In this document: in pieces, positions 15,410 to 24,945 of the stretch
Layout of the letters: each line of letters opens with the position of its first letter
Position numbering within the stretch: the stretch's first letter is position 1
Source: an uncultured archaeon
Lineage (GTDB): Archaea; Iainarchaeota; Iainarchaeia; Iainarchaeales; CSSED10-239
DNA length: 32,000 nucleotides
Assembly: GCA_964591795.1 (NCBI GenBank)
Contig: CAZQEL010000001.1
Coordinates: 1 to 32,000, forward strand
Direction of reading: 5' to 3'
Program-made: the position numbers and the translations under genes
The notes under the pieces: model-generated
What the model saw: the letters and a program-made list of their open reading frames with translations, nothing else
Told to the model about the DNA's origin: nothing
The model's database searches: none

Positions 15410-15835
15410 CTATCTAGTAGATTTCTCTTTTTTACCTGTTCTTAACATTTCAAGGGATTGTCCATTTACTTTTATAACCTTGTATTTAACACCCCAAAGA
15501 TCTCCAACAGGTCCACCCTTACGTCCACCAATACCTTCTACAGTAACTTGATCGTGGATTTCAATAAATTTAATAGCTTTATCCTTAGGAGCTAAAGCTG
15601 TAAGTTCTTTACCATTTTTAATAAGCTTTACTCTTACACATTTTCTAATACCTGAATTTGGCTGTCTTGCTGTAATTCCTTTCTTTTCAAGTACTATACC
15701 TTTTGCTTGAGGAGCTCCTCTTAAAAGACCTTTTTTAGCTTTTACTTTTATACTTCTTTTTTGTCTAGGATCTTTTTTTGCCCATTTAATTCTATCTTTA
15801 ATATTTTTTTTTGCTGCGAATTCACCATTTGCCAT
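15410..15835 (-). CDS. rps12: 30S ribosomal protein S12 (uS12)
   Basis: 141-aa ORF with [24 protein letters not shown] and [32 protein letters not shown] lies upstream. Confidence 0.96.
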   Translation of the reverse strand: MANGEFAAKKNIKDRIKWAKKDPRQKRSIKVKAKKGLLRGAPQAKGIVLEKKGITARQPNSGIRKCVRVKLIKNGKELTALAPKDKAIKFIEIHDQVTVEGIGGRKGGPVGDLWGVKYKVIKVNGQSLEMLRTGKKEKSTR

Positions 15836-15861
15836 ATAATTTCACCTTATTTTCTAAAATT

Positions 15862-16119
15862 TTATTTTTTATTTTTTATTTTTTGTCTATATTTTTTTGC
15901 AACAATAGATATTAACTCACCATTAAATTTTGCATCATTATATATCTTTTCTAATACTTTTATTGCAAGTTCTTTATTATTAATATTAATTCCAAAGGTT
16001 TTCAGAGTTGAAATTTCAGGTGTTTCTTTTCCAACTTTTAATTTAACTTCTTTAGAATGTTTTGAAATTTTAATTTTTCTATTTGTAGTTTTAAAAACTT
16101 CTGTTTTTTTTCTTGCCAT
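15862..16119 (-). CDS. Hypothetical small basic protein occupying the position where archaeal nusA is expected
   Basis: 85 aa counted from the ATG (MARKKTEVF...); the ORF-track TTG start is at 16128. It is packed tightly between rpl30e and rps12. No KH-domain GxxG motif is visible. Confidence 0.5.
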   Translation of the reverse strand: MARKKTEVFKTTNRKIKISKHSKEVKLKVGKETPEISTLKTFGININNKELAIKVLEKIYNDAKFNGELISIVAKKYRQKIKNKK

Positions 16120-16129
16120 GTTGTCCAAA

Positions 16130-16621
16130 TTATTTTTTTTTAATTTTTAAAATACCTTTTAAAGCAGCATCTTCTTTAATTGAAGTTTCTTCTTCTTCTT
16201 TTTTAATTTCTTTTAATTTTTTAGCTTTTGTTTTTTCACTTTTCTTTTCTTCTTTAACAGCTCTTTTTTCTGCTTTTAAAGTAGCTTTAGTAACTTTAGT
16301 TTTAATAACTTCTTTTAAATTAATAACATCAAAAATTGATGATTGACCTAAATCTTTAATTACAATTGAAGAAACATTGAAAGATTTACCACAAACAGAG
16401 CTTAATTCAAAACCATTTTCTGGATATTCAATAAATATTACTTTTAAAAGTTTAGCATAATGTTCAATTTGTTTTTTAGTTATACTTTTTATTGTTTTTG
16501 AAACAACAATTAATTTTGGTTCACCAACAAGACATTCTCGTAATGTTTCTTTAGTTCCATAAATTACTTTTCCTGTATCAACAGAGCTTCTAAGTTGTGT
16601 ATTAAATCTATTCCAATCCAT
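16130..16621 (-). CDS. rpl30e: 50S ribosomal protein L30e with a ~60-aa Lys/Glu-rich C-terminal extension
   Basis: The first ~100 aa match the L30e pattern (RSSVDTGKVIYGTKETLR..., EPKLIVVSK, HYAKLLKVIFIEY, ELSSVCGKSFNVSSIVIKDLGQS). The remainder is KEVIKTKVTKATLKAEKRAVKEEKKSEKTKAKKLKEIKKEEEE... Confidence 0.88.
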   Translation of the reverse strand: MDWNRFNTQLRSSVDTGKVIYGTKETLRECLVGEPKLIVVSKTIKSITKKQIEHYAKLLKVIFIEYPENGFELSSVCGKSFNVSSIVIKDLGQSSIFDVINLKEVIKTKVTKATLKAEKRAVKEEKKSEKTKAKKLKEIKKEEEETSIKEDAALKGILKIKKK

Positions 16622-16716
16622 ATTAAATCACTCATTAATTTTTAAAATAAAAAAATCCTTTCTATAATATATATTTATGCTTCACAACATTTAAAAAAGG
16701 AGTATCTTTTTTATAT

Positions 16717-17880
16717 TTAATTTTCGTCCATTTTCTCTTGTTTTTTAATCATTTTTTTTAAATTTTTAGGATCAAGTGTAAGTCTTACTTGACCAGTTCC
16801 TGCAAGTATTGGTTGACCAACAATTAAATTTTCTATAATTCCTTTAAAGTTTTCTCTTTCTCCAGAAAAAGATGCTGCTAAAAGATGTTTTACAGTTTCT
16901 TCAAATGCAGCTCTTGCAAATGGACTTGCTTTTTCACCAGTAATTCCAGTTCTTACAACACCTTTAACTCTTCCGCCAAGGCACATAAGATCTGCTAATA
17001 CTGCAATGTGTCTTTTATTAATATCAATACCATTACTTTCAAAAGTAAATGAAAGTTCTCTTACAATTGATTCTTTTGCAGCTTCAATTCCAAAAACTTT
17101 ATTTATTTCTAAAATATCATTAGTATGAGTTCTATTAGTATCAATTTCAGGTATTTTTAAAACTTCAGATAAATTAGAACCTTTTGTTGTAATATATTTT
17201 TCACCATTTTCTTCAGCAACAACTACAAGTTCAATACGTTTTACACCAAATAATGGAATTTTATTCCATTTAATTATTGCTTTTCTAATATTAAAAAGAG
17301 GTGTATCTTTATCAAATGTGAAATTAACACCATTTTTATTAGGTGTAAATCTTTTAGAAATATAAACATCAGCAATTTTATCATAAATTAATGTCATAGT
17401 TTCTTCTTTATCTAAATTAAGTTCGTTTAATTTATCATGATCTAAAACAAAAGAAACTATTTTTTTTTCAAAATCTTCTTGAAAATCACCAATTGTTGCA
17501 ACTTTAATATCAATTAAGCTTTTTGCAAATTTATTTAATTTTTTATCATTTGCAAAAATATCTTTTTTAAGATAAATTTTCATAGAAGGAAATTTAGATG
17601 AAAGTCTACCATCTACAATCTCAATAACTCTTTGAATTCCTTGACCAACAGAAACTTCTAAAGAACCAGCATAGTGCTTTGTTCTTAAAGTTAACTGAGT
17701 TCCAGGTTCACCAATTGATTGTGCAGCAATAAGTCCAATAGCGTCTCCAGGTGTAACTAATGATTCATTATATCTTCTTGACACAATTTCCATTAACTTT
17801 TTACCCTTAGCATCACTATAACTTTTCTTTTTTGAATAGCTTTTTATTCTTTCAACAACGTTTTTTGGTAAATCTCTCAT
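16717..17880 (-). CDS. rpoA2: DNA-directed RNA polymerase subunit A''
   Basis: 387-aa ORF with GDAIGLIAAQSIGEPGTQLTLRTKHYAG and a conserved C-terminal block (RAAFEETVKHLLAASFSGERE...GQPILAGTG). Confidence 0.96.
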   Translation of the reverse strand: MRDLPKNVVERIKSYSKKKSYSDAKGKKLMEIVSRRYNESLVTPGDAIGLIAAQSIGEPGTQLTLRTKHYAGSLEVSVGQGIQRVIEIVDGRLSSKFPSMKIYLKKDIFANDKKLNKFAKSLIDIKVATIGDFQEDFEKKIVSFVLDHDKLNELNLDKEETMTLIYDKIADVYISKRFTPNKNGVNFTFDKDTPLFNIRKAIIKWNKIPLFGVKRIELVVVAEENGEKYITTKGSNLSEVLKIPEIDTNRTHTNDILEINKVFGIEAAKESIVRELSFTFESNGIDINKRHIAVLADLMCLGGRVKGVVRTGITGEKASPFARAAFEETVKHLLAASFSGERENFKGIIENLIVGQPILAGTGQVRLTLDPKNLKKMIKKQEKMDEN

Positions 17881-17896
17881 AGTCTTTCACATTTTT

Positions 17897-18517
17897 TTAA
17901 ATTACTTTTTTACAAACCTTATTTAATAAATCATTATTTATTAAATTATTGAAATAATCCACTTCTGCTTTAGTTATTCTATATTTATTATAAAACTCAA
18001 TCTCTTCTTCAGTAGCTCCTTCTATATTATTTTTTGAAGGTCTATTTTTATCTTCCTTACAATCATACATCTCTAAAAAGGGACTATCATAACTAATTAT
18101 ATAATTTTCTATAATTGATATTGAACTATTATCATCTTCCCACATACTTTTATATTCTTCATAAGTTAAATTTAAATATCTTGTATTTTTTCCACCAATT
18201 AAACCACCAACATCTATAATATATCCTTGATTTAATTTAAAAGAAGGTAATCTGTACTGTGCATAATTTACTTGCTGATTTAAATTATTATCTTTAGTAT
18301 CTATTGATCCAGGAATAATTACTGGTGAAGAATATGAAGTTATATTATTATCTTTAGTACCTACAGGAATATTTAAAGAATAATCTTTATCTGTTTTAAA
18401 AATAAATGGTCCTGGTTCAGTGACATATGCTTTATTTTGAGATTCTCTTAACAAAAATAAAACAACTACAATTATTACCACTAAAATTATTATTGTTATT
18501 AAACTATTTTTTTTCAT
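17897..18517 (-). CDS. Hypothetical membrane-anchored protein inserted between rpoA1 and rpoA2
   Basis: 206-aa ORF with an N-terminal TM anchor (LITIIILVVIIVVVLFLL). It contains an internal short repeat (GTKDNNITSY / DTKDNNLNQQ). Its stop lies 16 nt before the rpoA2 ATG. Confidence 0.55.
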   Translation of the reverse strand: MKKNSLITIIILVVIIVVVLFLLRESQNKAYVTEPGPFIFKTDKDYSLNIPVGTKDNNITSYSSPVIIPGSIDTKDNNLNQQVNYAQYRLPSFKLNQGYIIDVGGLIGGKNTRYLNLTYEEYKSMWEDDNSSISIIENYIISYDSPFLEMYDCKEDKNRPSKNNIEGATEEEIEFYNKYRITKAEVDYFNNLINNDLLNKVCKKVI

Positions 18518-18630
18518 TATTAATCCTATTTCTAATTTTAAATTATTTCTTTATTTTTTAATTAATCTAAATACCCATTGCATGTCAATTAGACAAACAA
18601 CCATTACGTGTAAATTAAATAAAATAAATT

Positions 18631-21216
18631 CTATTCGTGGAAGAAATTAATATTTTTCCCAAGATATGCTTTATCAGGAGAAAGTCCATCATCACCATAA
18701 ACAAACTGAATAACTTGGCCATCAGCACTTTTAACAGATAAATCATCTTGAACAACAAGATCTTTAAGTGCGTTAGAAAGTCTTCTATAAAGATATCCAG
18801 ATACTTTTGTGGAAACACCAGTATCAATTTCACCTTGTCTTCCACCAATTGAGTGCACAAAATATTCTTTTGGTTGCAAACCATCATAAAAATTACTTTT
18901 AACAAATCCATAATCCATTAATGAATTAGAACCTGCAATACTAGAACTTAAAAGTCTATTTTTAAAACCATTCTTAGCTCTTCCAGCTCTTACAGTTACC
19001 TGTCCCCAAAGACCAATAATATTAACAACATTTAATAATTTTCCTCTAGATCCACCAACACTTGAAAGCATAGTTGTATTATTATTTGAAACTTTACGTT
19101 TATCATACATTTCATTAAATTTTAAAACTAATATCTCATCAGAAACACTATCTTTAACTTTACCAGCTGCAGACATCATTTCAAATTCAAAAGTTTCATT
19201 AAGAGTTTTACCTGAAACTAAAGGTAAAGTTTTATTTTCAAACTTTTTAACTATTGAGTTTGTATTTGATACAAGTTCTTTTATTTTTTTATCAATATCT
19301 TTTTTTAAAAATTCAGGTGTCTTATATTCATCAAGACCAATTGTTAATCCTTTCTTTGAAAGAGTGTAAAAAACTAACTTTGATAATTTATAATAAAAAT
19401 CAGATAAAAAATCCTTAGGATAATGACGAGTAAGAACATCAATTAAGTTCTTAGCTGAAGTTGCTCTTTCATCAAAAACACCAGATAATAGTTTTCCTTT
19501 TTCAATTTTTAAATAACAATCATATTTTTCAATATCTTTTTTAGTAACTTTTCCTTTTATTTTTTTAATAATTGTATACATTTTATTTTCGTATTCAATA
19601 TTTAAATCATTTGGAAGTATTTGACTAAAAATTAATTTACCAGAATATTGACCTCTTCCTCTATCAGCTGATGGAAGTTCAGTAATTCCGATTGAATAAA
19701 GCATTTCCATTGTTTCTTTTTTACTAAATTCAGTATTTTTTAATGTTAATAAAAATGCTCCAGAAATAAGATCTTCACCAGGAATTATTATTGGTTTACC
19801 ATGTCTCATACTAGAAATATGATTAGTTACCATTAAAAGATTTTTAATTTCAGCAATTGATGATTCACTTTGTGGTGCGTGTATTTGCATTTCATCACCA
19901 TCAAAATCCGCATTATAGGGAGGACATGAAATTGGATTTAATCTAAAAGTTTTACCTGGTAAAACTTTTACTTTATGTCCCATAATTGATGCTCTATGCA
20001 AAGTCGGTTGTCTGTTGAATATTACAAGATCTCCATCAACCATTTTTCTTTTTGCAATAAGCCCATCTTCAAGTGCATCAATAATTTCTTGCTTATTTGT
20101 TTCTGTAATTATTTTCTTTCTATTTTTTTTGGTTATTAAATATTTTATTTTATCTTGCAAAATATATTCTTTGATCTTTGACATATTCCAAAGAGTTATT
20201 CTTTCTGAAACTGTTAATGTATCTGCAACTTCTTGAGGAACACCAAGTTCATCAATTGCAATATCTGTAGATGGAGATATGGTTGATCTTGCAGCAGAAT
20301 TTACTCTTTTTCCAATTAAATTATATCTAAATCTTCCTTTTTTACCTTTAAGTCTTTGAGCAAGAGTATTTAATGCTCTTCCTGATCTGTGCTTTGCAGG
20401 TGGAACCCCAGCTGTATTATTATCAAAATATGTAGTTACATTATATTGTAAAAGATCCCATAGGTCTTCAATAATAATTTGTGGAGCACCAGCATTCATA
20501 TTCTCATGAAGTCTGTTATTAATTCTAATAATATTTAAAAGCATATGTGTTAAATCATTTTCAGCAGTAACAACGTTTTCTAAAGACAAAGAAGGTCTCA
20601 TTGATACTGGTGGAACTGGTAAAACATTTAAAATAAACCATTGAGGTCTAAGTTTATCTGAATATCCAAACAAAAATAAATCTGTATCATCAATTTTTAA
20701 AATCCAATCTAAAATATCAGAAGGATAAAGTCTTTCTCCATCAACAAAGAAATTAGTTGGTTTATCAAGTAAAACTTTTACAACATCTGATTTACAATGA
20801 GGACATTTTTTAAGAGTTTTAGATGCATTAATAATAAATTTACTAATCTTATTAGGATTATCAGAATACCTCATAAGTTCAGTTCTATCTTCATCTTCTA
20901 AAAGAAGTTTACCACATTCTTTACAAGTACATTGTAAAATATGGTTAATTTTTTCAGTAAACTTAGGATGCATAACTGGTCTTGTTAATTCAATATGACC
21001 AAAATGACCAGGACAATCTCTCATACCATGACCACAAGTTTTACATCTAAGACCAGGAGAAATAACACCTAAATGCAAATCCATTACTCCTCTTTCTATA
21101 GGATATCCATCTTTATCATAAGTATCTGCTCTAGATAGTTCTACAGCTGACATTTTTCTAATAAGTTCTGGACTTAATACATTAAACTCAATTGATTTTA
21201 TTTTCTTAATACTCAT
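18631..21216 (-). CDS. rpoA1: DNA-directed RNA polymerase subunit A'
   Basis: 861-aa ORF with Zn motifs (CKTCGHGMRDCPGHFGHIEL; CKECG...CPHC) and the catalytic motif NADFDGDEMQIH. Confidence 0.98.
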   Translation of the reverse strand: MSIKKIKSIEFNVLSPELIRKMSAVELSRADTYDKDGYPIERGVMDLHLGVISPGLRCKTCGHGMRDCPGHFGHIELTRPVMHPKFTEKINHILQCTCKECGKLLLEDEDRTELMRYSDNPNKISKFIINASKTLKKCPHCKSDVVKVLLDKPTNFFVDGERLYPSDILDWILKIDDTDLFLFGYSDKLRPQWFILNVLPVPPVSMRPSLSLENVVTAENDLTHMLLNIIRINNRLHENMNAGAPQIIIEDLWDLLQYNVTTYFDNNTAGVPPAKHRSGRALNTLAQRLKGKKGRFRYNLIGKRVNSAARSTISPSTDIAIDELGVPQEVADTLTVSERITLWNMSKIKEYILQDKIKYLITKKNRKKIITETNKQEIIDALEDGLIAKRKMVDGDLVIFNRQPTLHRASIMGHKVKVLPGKTFRLNPISCPPYNADFDGDEMQIHAPQSESSIAEIKNLLMVTNHISSMRHGKPIIIPGEDLISGAFLLTLKNTEFSKKETMEMLYSIGITELPSADRGRGQYSGKLIFSQILPNDLNIEYENKMYTIIKKIKGKVTKKDIEKYDCYLKIEKGKLLSGVFDERATSAKNLIDVLTRHYPKDFLSDFYYKLSKLVFYTLSKKGLTIGLDEYKTPEFLKKDIDKKIKELVSNTNSIVKKFENKTLPLVSGKTLNETFEFEMMSAAGKVKDSVSDEILVLKFNEMYDKRKVSNNNTTMLSSVGGSRGKLLNVVNIIGLWGQVTVRAGRAKNGFKNRLLSSSIAGSNSLMDYGFVKSNFYDGLQPKEYFVHSIGGRQGEIDTGVSTKVSGYLYRRLSNALKDLVVQDDLSVKSADGQVIQFVYGDDGLSPDKAYLGKNINFFHE

Positions 21217-21250
21217 AATTAATCATCTTATATTAGTTTTTTTTAAAAAC

Positions 21251-23068
21251 TTAATCAATTTTATCTCCAATCTCAAGTTTTGGATAAATACCTAAGGCTT
21301 TAATCTCATCTAAAAGAAGTTTAAAACCATAACTGATTTTAATTTTTTCAATAGTTCCGTTTGTACAAATTGGACAATATTTTCTATTTCTAATTTTATC
21401 ATTAATTGCAATCATTCCACAATCAGAACAAACATATACTTCTAGTTCATCAGCTGAATCAATTAATTTTTCATGTAAAAGCATAGCTGAACCGTGAGCA
21501 ATTAAAGCATCTCCTTCCATCTCACCAAATCTTAGTCCACCACCTTTTTCTTTACCTTCAGTTGGTTGTCTTGTTAAAAGTTGGATTGAACCTGTATCTC
21601 TTGATTGTATTTTATTAGTTACAACGTGGTATAATCTTTTAAAAGAAACTGGTCCTACAAAAATAGGCATTTCTATTTTTTCACCAGTAATTCCATCATA
21701 AAATGTTTCCTTACCATCTTCTCTAAAACCATATGATTTTAAAGTTTCAAGTAAATTGTCTTTATTAATATTAAATGGAGTACCATCAATAATTTCACCA
21801 GTTAAAGAACTTACCTTTCCACCAATTGTTTCAAGTAAATGACCCACAGTCATTCTTGATGGAATTGAATGGGGATTAAGTAAAAAATCTGGTTTCATAC
21901 CATTTGATGTAAAAGGCATATCTTGCTCATTAATTACAGCACCAATAACACCTTTTTGTCCATGATTAGAACAAAATTTATCTCCTACTTGAGGAATAAG
22001 TTCTGATCTTACTTTTACTTTACAAAGTTTTATTCCGCCAACAGTTTGAGATAACATTACTTTATCAACATAACCTCTTAAATGTCTTCTAGAGGTTACT
22101 GATGCTTCACGTCTTTCTTCAGAAACAACACCATATTCTGATATTTCTTCAACAAATCTAGGAGGAGAAGATATTCCAATAACAACTCCACCTTCTTCAA
22201 TAAATGATTCAATATTACAAATTCCGTCTTCACCTAAATTCATATAGGCTTCGTCGCCTCTAAATCCAACAATATCTTCTGTAGGAACAATAAATTCATC
22301 AGCTTGTCCTGAAGGATATCTGTTTTGTTGAGCAGAATAAGTTCTATAATATGAAGATCTTGCCATTCCTCTTTCAATAGCACCTTTATTAATAATAATT
22401 GCATCTGTCATATTAAAACCTTTAAAAGGCATAATAGCAACAACTGCATTTTGAGACATTGGTCTTTTATCAGCTTCAATAATTTGTTCAGTTCTTGTAG
22501 TTACAAGTGTTTTTTGAGGATAATATAAAACGTGCATTTCAGTATCAAATCTATTTCTATAATTAACTGCAGGAATACCAACACCTTGTTTAAAAACTTT
22601 AGCACCGTGTATTGCTTTACCAGCCATATTATGATTTATAAAAGGAATCATTGATGAAATTACACTAAAAATAGCAGTTCCTGAAATTTCTAAGTGAGTA
22701 TGCTTTAAAGTTATTTCTGTTTCATCAAGAGCAACAAGAGCATTTTCTTCTTCTTCAGAATCTAAATATTCTAAAACTCCTTCTTTAACAAGATCTGACC
22801 AAGAAAGTTTTTGATCTTTAATTTCTTGTAACATTTCTTTTGTAAGTTTTGATTTTCCATTTTCAAGAACAATTAATGGTCTTTGTACTCTTCCACTATC
22901 TGTACTAATATAAACTTCATTTGTACCTTGATTATAAGCTATATTAATTTGATCATCAACTTCTCCCTTACGTCTTTTATTTAAAAGATCTTCTTTAAGT
23001 TTTACAGGATTATTATGAAAACCCACTAAACTTCCATTTATATAAATTTTACTTTTAGTAATTGGCAT
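21251..23068 (-). CDS. rpoB1: DNA-directed RNA polymerase subunit B' (C-terminal part of split B)
   Basis: 605-aa ORF with GDKFCSNHGQKGV, PSRMTVGHL, GGLRFGEMEGDALIAHG and a C-terminal Zn ribbon (CSDCG...CPIC). Confidence 0.97.
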   Translation of the reverse strand: MPITKSKIYINGSLVGFHNNPVKLKEDLLNKRRKGEVDDQINIAYNQGTNEVYISTDSGRVQRPLIVLENGKSKLTKEMLQEIKDQKLSWSDLVKEGVLEYLDSEEEENALVALDETEITLKHTHLEISGTAIFSVISSMIPFINHNMAGKAIHGAKVFKQGVGIPAVNYRNRFDTEMHVLYYPQKTLVTTRTEQIIEADKRPMSQNAVVAIMPFKGFNMTDAIIINKGAIERGMARSSYYRTYSAQQNRYPSGQADEFIVPTEDIVGFRGDEAYMNLGEDGICNIESFIEEGGVVIGISSPPRFVEEISEYGVVSEERREASVTSRRHLRGYVDKVMLSQTVGGIKLCKVKVRSELIPQVGDKFCSNHGQKGVIGAVINEQDMPFTSNGMKPDFLLNPHSIPSRMTVGHLLETIGGKVSSLTGEIIDGTPFNINKDNLLETLKSYGFREDGKETFYDGITGEKIEMPIFVGPVSFKRLYHVVTNKIQSRDTGSIQLLTRQPTEGKEKGGGLRFGEMEGDALIAHGSAMLLHEKLIDSADELEVYVCSDCGMIAINDKIRNRKYCPICTNGTIEKIKISYGFKLLLDEIKALGIYPKLEIGDKID

Positions 23069-23074
23069 ATATTT

Positions 23075-24529
23075 TCACAATTTAATTTCTTCAATTTCAA
23101 TTGATTTTAAAATACTTTCAGTTCTTACATCAGTTGTTATTCTTGCAAGAATAGATAAATTTTTAGAAAGTCCACAGTTAGGACCATCAGGAGTTTCAAC
23201 AGGACATAATCTACCCCAGTGAGTTCCGTGAACATCTCTTGCTTCATAAAGTTCTCTTTGTGAATCAAGAGTAGATTTTACTTTTCTTAAATTAGTTAAT
23301 GGTGCAATATAATTAACCCTATCTAAAAAAGTACACACACCAGTTACATTAGCAACCCATGTTCCTGTACTTACAGCAAATTTAATTCTTTCTGAAATTG
23401 CATCAGGTCTAATTACAGTTGTAATATTTAATTTTCTATGTCTTGAAATAGTTCTATCGATTTGGAATTTTAAATCATTTACAAAATGTTTAAAGGAATA
23501 TCTAAAAAGATTTTCCATTAATTTACCTGAAAGTTCAAGTCTTTTGTTTGAGTAATGATCCTTATCTTCATCTTCTCTTAATTTATAAACTTTTTCAATA
23601 ATTTTTGTTGTCATTGTAACCAAATAGAAAGCCTTAGCAGCTCTATCTTTTTTACTTTGACCAATATGTGGTAAAAGAAATGAATCAATAACCTCTTGTG
23701 CTCTTCTAAGTCGATAATTTTCAGTTTGAGAAGGAGCAACAGCTTTACCAATTTTATCAAGTGCATCTTTTTCAGTAGAACACCCTATTTTATCAATATT
23801 TAATAAAATTTCATTTTTAACTACTTTTTCATCAGAGAAAAGATCTAAGATATCTTTTTCTTTAATAACACCTAATGCATTTAAAAGTTCAACTAAAGCT
23901 AATTTTCTAGGTGATGACGGAAATGAGATATACATTAATCCTTCTGCATTTCTTTCAATTTTAACTTTACCTTTAAAAGCACCTTTAACTGAGATAATTT
24001 GTGCTTTTACAATTTTAGCAGTTTCACTAATTAATATTCTATCAAGAGCTAAAACTTCTTGAGTGATTAATGCTTTTTCGGAACCATTAATAATAAAGTA
24101 ACCACCAAAATCTAATGGATCTTCTCCTTGTTCAATTAAATCATCTCTTGAAAGTCCATGTAAATTACAATATTTAGATTTTACTAAAATTGGAACTTCT
24201 CCAACATATGTTCTTTTTTCATCAATTAAAACTTCTTTTCTAAAAAGTTTAATATCAAGATAAATAGATCCAGCATAATTAATGTTTCTTTGTCTTGCTT
24301 CCATAGGAGTTAATCTAACTCTTGCACTTCTATCGGCTTCAACAATTTCTGGTTTAAAAACTTCTACATTTTCTATTTTTATACGTACATTGTTGTTACA
24401 TTCAATATCTGAATATTCTTCAACAATTTCAGGAATTTTCTCCTCAATAAATTGATCAAAAGATTTTAATATTTGATCTATAGGTCCGGCAGATTTATAA
24501 TAAGACTCAATTAATGGCCAATTATCCAT
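23075..24529 (-). CDS. rpoB2: DNA-directed RNA polymerase subunit B'' (N-terminal part of split B)
   Basis: 484-aa ORF with GGYFIINGSEKALITQE and the C-terminal block HGTHWGRLCPVETPDGPNCGL. It lies 6 nt upstream of rpoB1. Confidence 0.96.
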   Translation of the reverse strand: MDNWPLIESYYKSAGPIDQILKSFDQFIEEKIPEIVEEYSDIECNNNVRIKIENVEVFKPEIVEADRSARVRLTPMEARQRNINYAGSIYLDIKLFRKEVLIDEKRTYVGEVPILVKSKYCNLHGLSRDDLIEQGEDPLDFGGYFIINGSEKALITQEVLALDRILISETAKIVKAQIISVKGAFKGKVKIERNAEGLMYISFPSSPRKLALVELLNALGVIKEKDILDLFSDEKVVKNEILLNIDKIGCSTEKDALDKIGKAVAPSQTENYRLRRAQEVIDSFLLPHIGQSKKDRAAKAFYLVTMTTKIIEKVYKLREDEDKDHYSNKRLELSGKLMENLFRYSFKHFVNDLKFQIDRTISRHRKLNITTVIRPDAISERIKFAVSTGTWVANVTGVCTFLDRVNYIAPLTNLRKVKSTLDSQRELYEARDVHGTHWGRLCPVETPDGPNCGLSKNLSILARITTDVRTESILKSIEIEEIKL

Positions 24530-24603
24530 TTATAATCACATTTTTATATATTTTTTTTATTAATTTAAACATTTTTTTAAGAAACTCTTTTTAAAAAATG
24601 AAA

Positions 24604-24945
24604 CTACTCGTCACTAATTACTTTTCTATAATAGTAAATATCCCCAATTATTTCATTTTTTCTTTTAATTTTAATAACAGCACCTGGTTTAATTTCTAAA
24701 TGTCTTATTGCAGGGTCTGAAATAGATAATAATGGTAATTTATCAATAGTTATGTTTTTTAAAGAAAGTTCAGCTAGATCCTGTTCTGTTGCAACAGTAT
24801 GAATAGGAATTAAATTATGCTTAATTTCATCTTTAAGTCTTCTTTGTCTTCTATTCTTTCTAACTTTTTTTGTTTTAGAACTTGATTTTTTTTTATCTTT
24901 AATAGGTTTTTTAATTTTCACATCTATTTTAGAATTGTCATCCAT
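24604..24945 (-). CDS. rpoH: DNA-directed RNA polymerase subunit H (Rpb5 C-terminal homologue) with a Lys-rich N-terminal extension
   Basis: The C-terminal ~75 aa fit RpoH (HNLIPIHTV..., DKLPLLSISDPAIRHLEIKPGAVIKIKRK...YYRKV). The first ~38 aa are low-complexity K/R/S. It occupies the canonical position upstream of rpoB. Confidence 0.85.
   Translation of the reverse strand: MDDNSKIDVKIKKPIKDKKKSSSKTKKVRKNRRQRRLKDEIKHNLIPIHTVATEQDLAELSLKNITIDKLPLLSISDPAIRHLEIKPGAVIKIKRKNEIIGDIYYYRKVISDE

Noticed and set aside
15862-16128. Annotating the 85-aa ORF as NusA on positional grounds
   Set aside because: It is too short for two KH domains, it has no GxxG loops, and it shows no similarity by eye to archaeal NusA sequences I recall.
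15360-16346. Three plus-strand ORFs (15360-15551, 15761-16150, 16113-16346) across rps7, rps12, the 85-aa ORF and rpl30e
   Set aside because: All three are antisense to ribosomal protein genes with unmistakable conserved motifs. Their Phe/Leu/Ser-rich sequences are shadows of Lys-rich coding sequence.
18518-18630. 17-codon ORF (MVVCLIDMQWVFRLIKK) and weak 4-bp hairpins in the rpoA1-downstream spacer
   Set aside because: It is too short, and it has no SD. The hairpins are marginal and there is nothing to distinguish them from chance. Only the spacer's unusual composition is noted, under the rpoA1/rpoA2 insertion finding.
18615-18911. 98-aa minus-strand ORF overlapping the 3' end of rpoA1 in another frame
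   Set aside because: The rpoA1 frame carries conserved A' C-terminal sequence through this region. The alternative frame has no motif and no SD.
20015-20236. 73-aa plus-strand ORF inside rpoA1
   Set aside because: It is antisense to the conserved RNAP A' core, so it is a shadow ORF.
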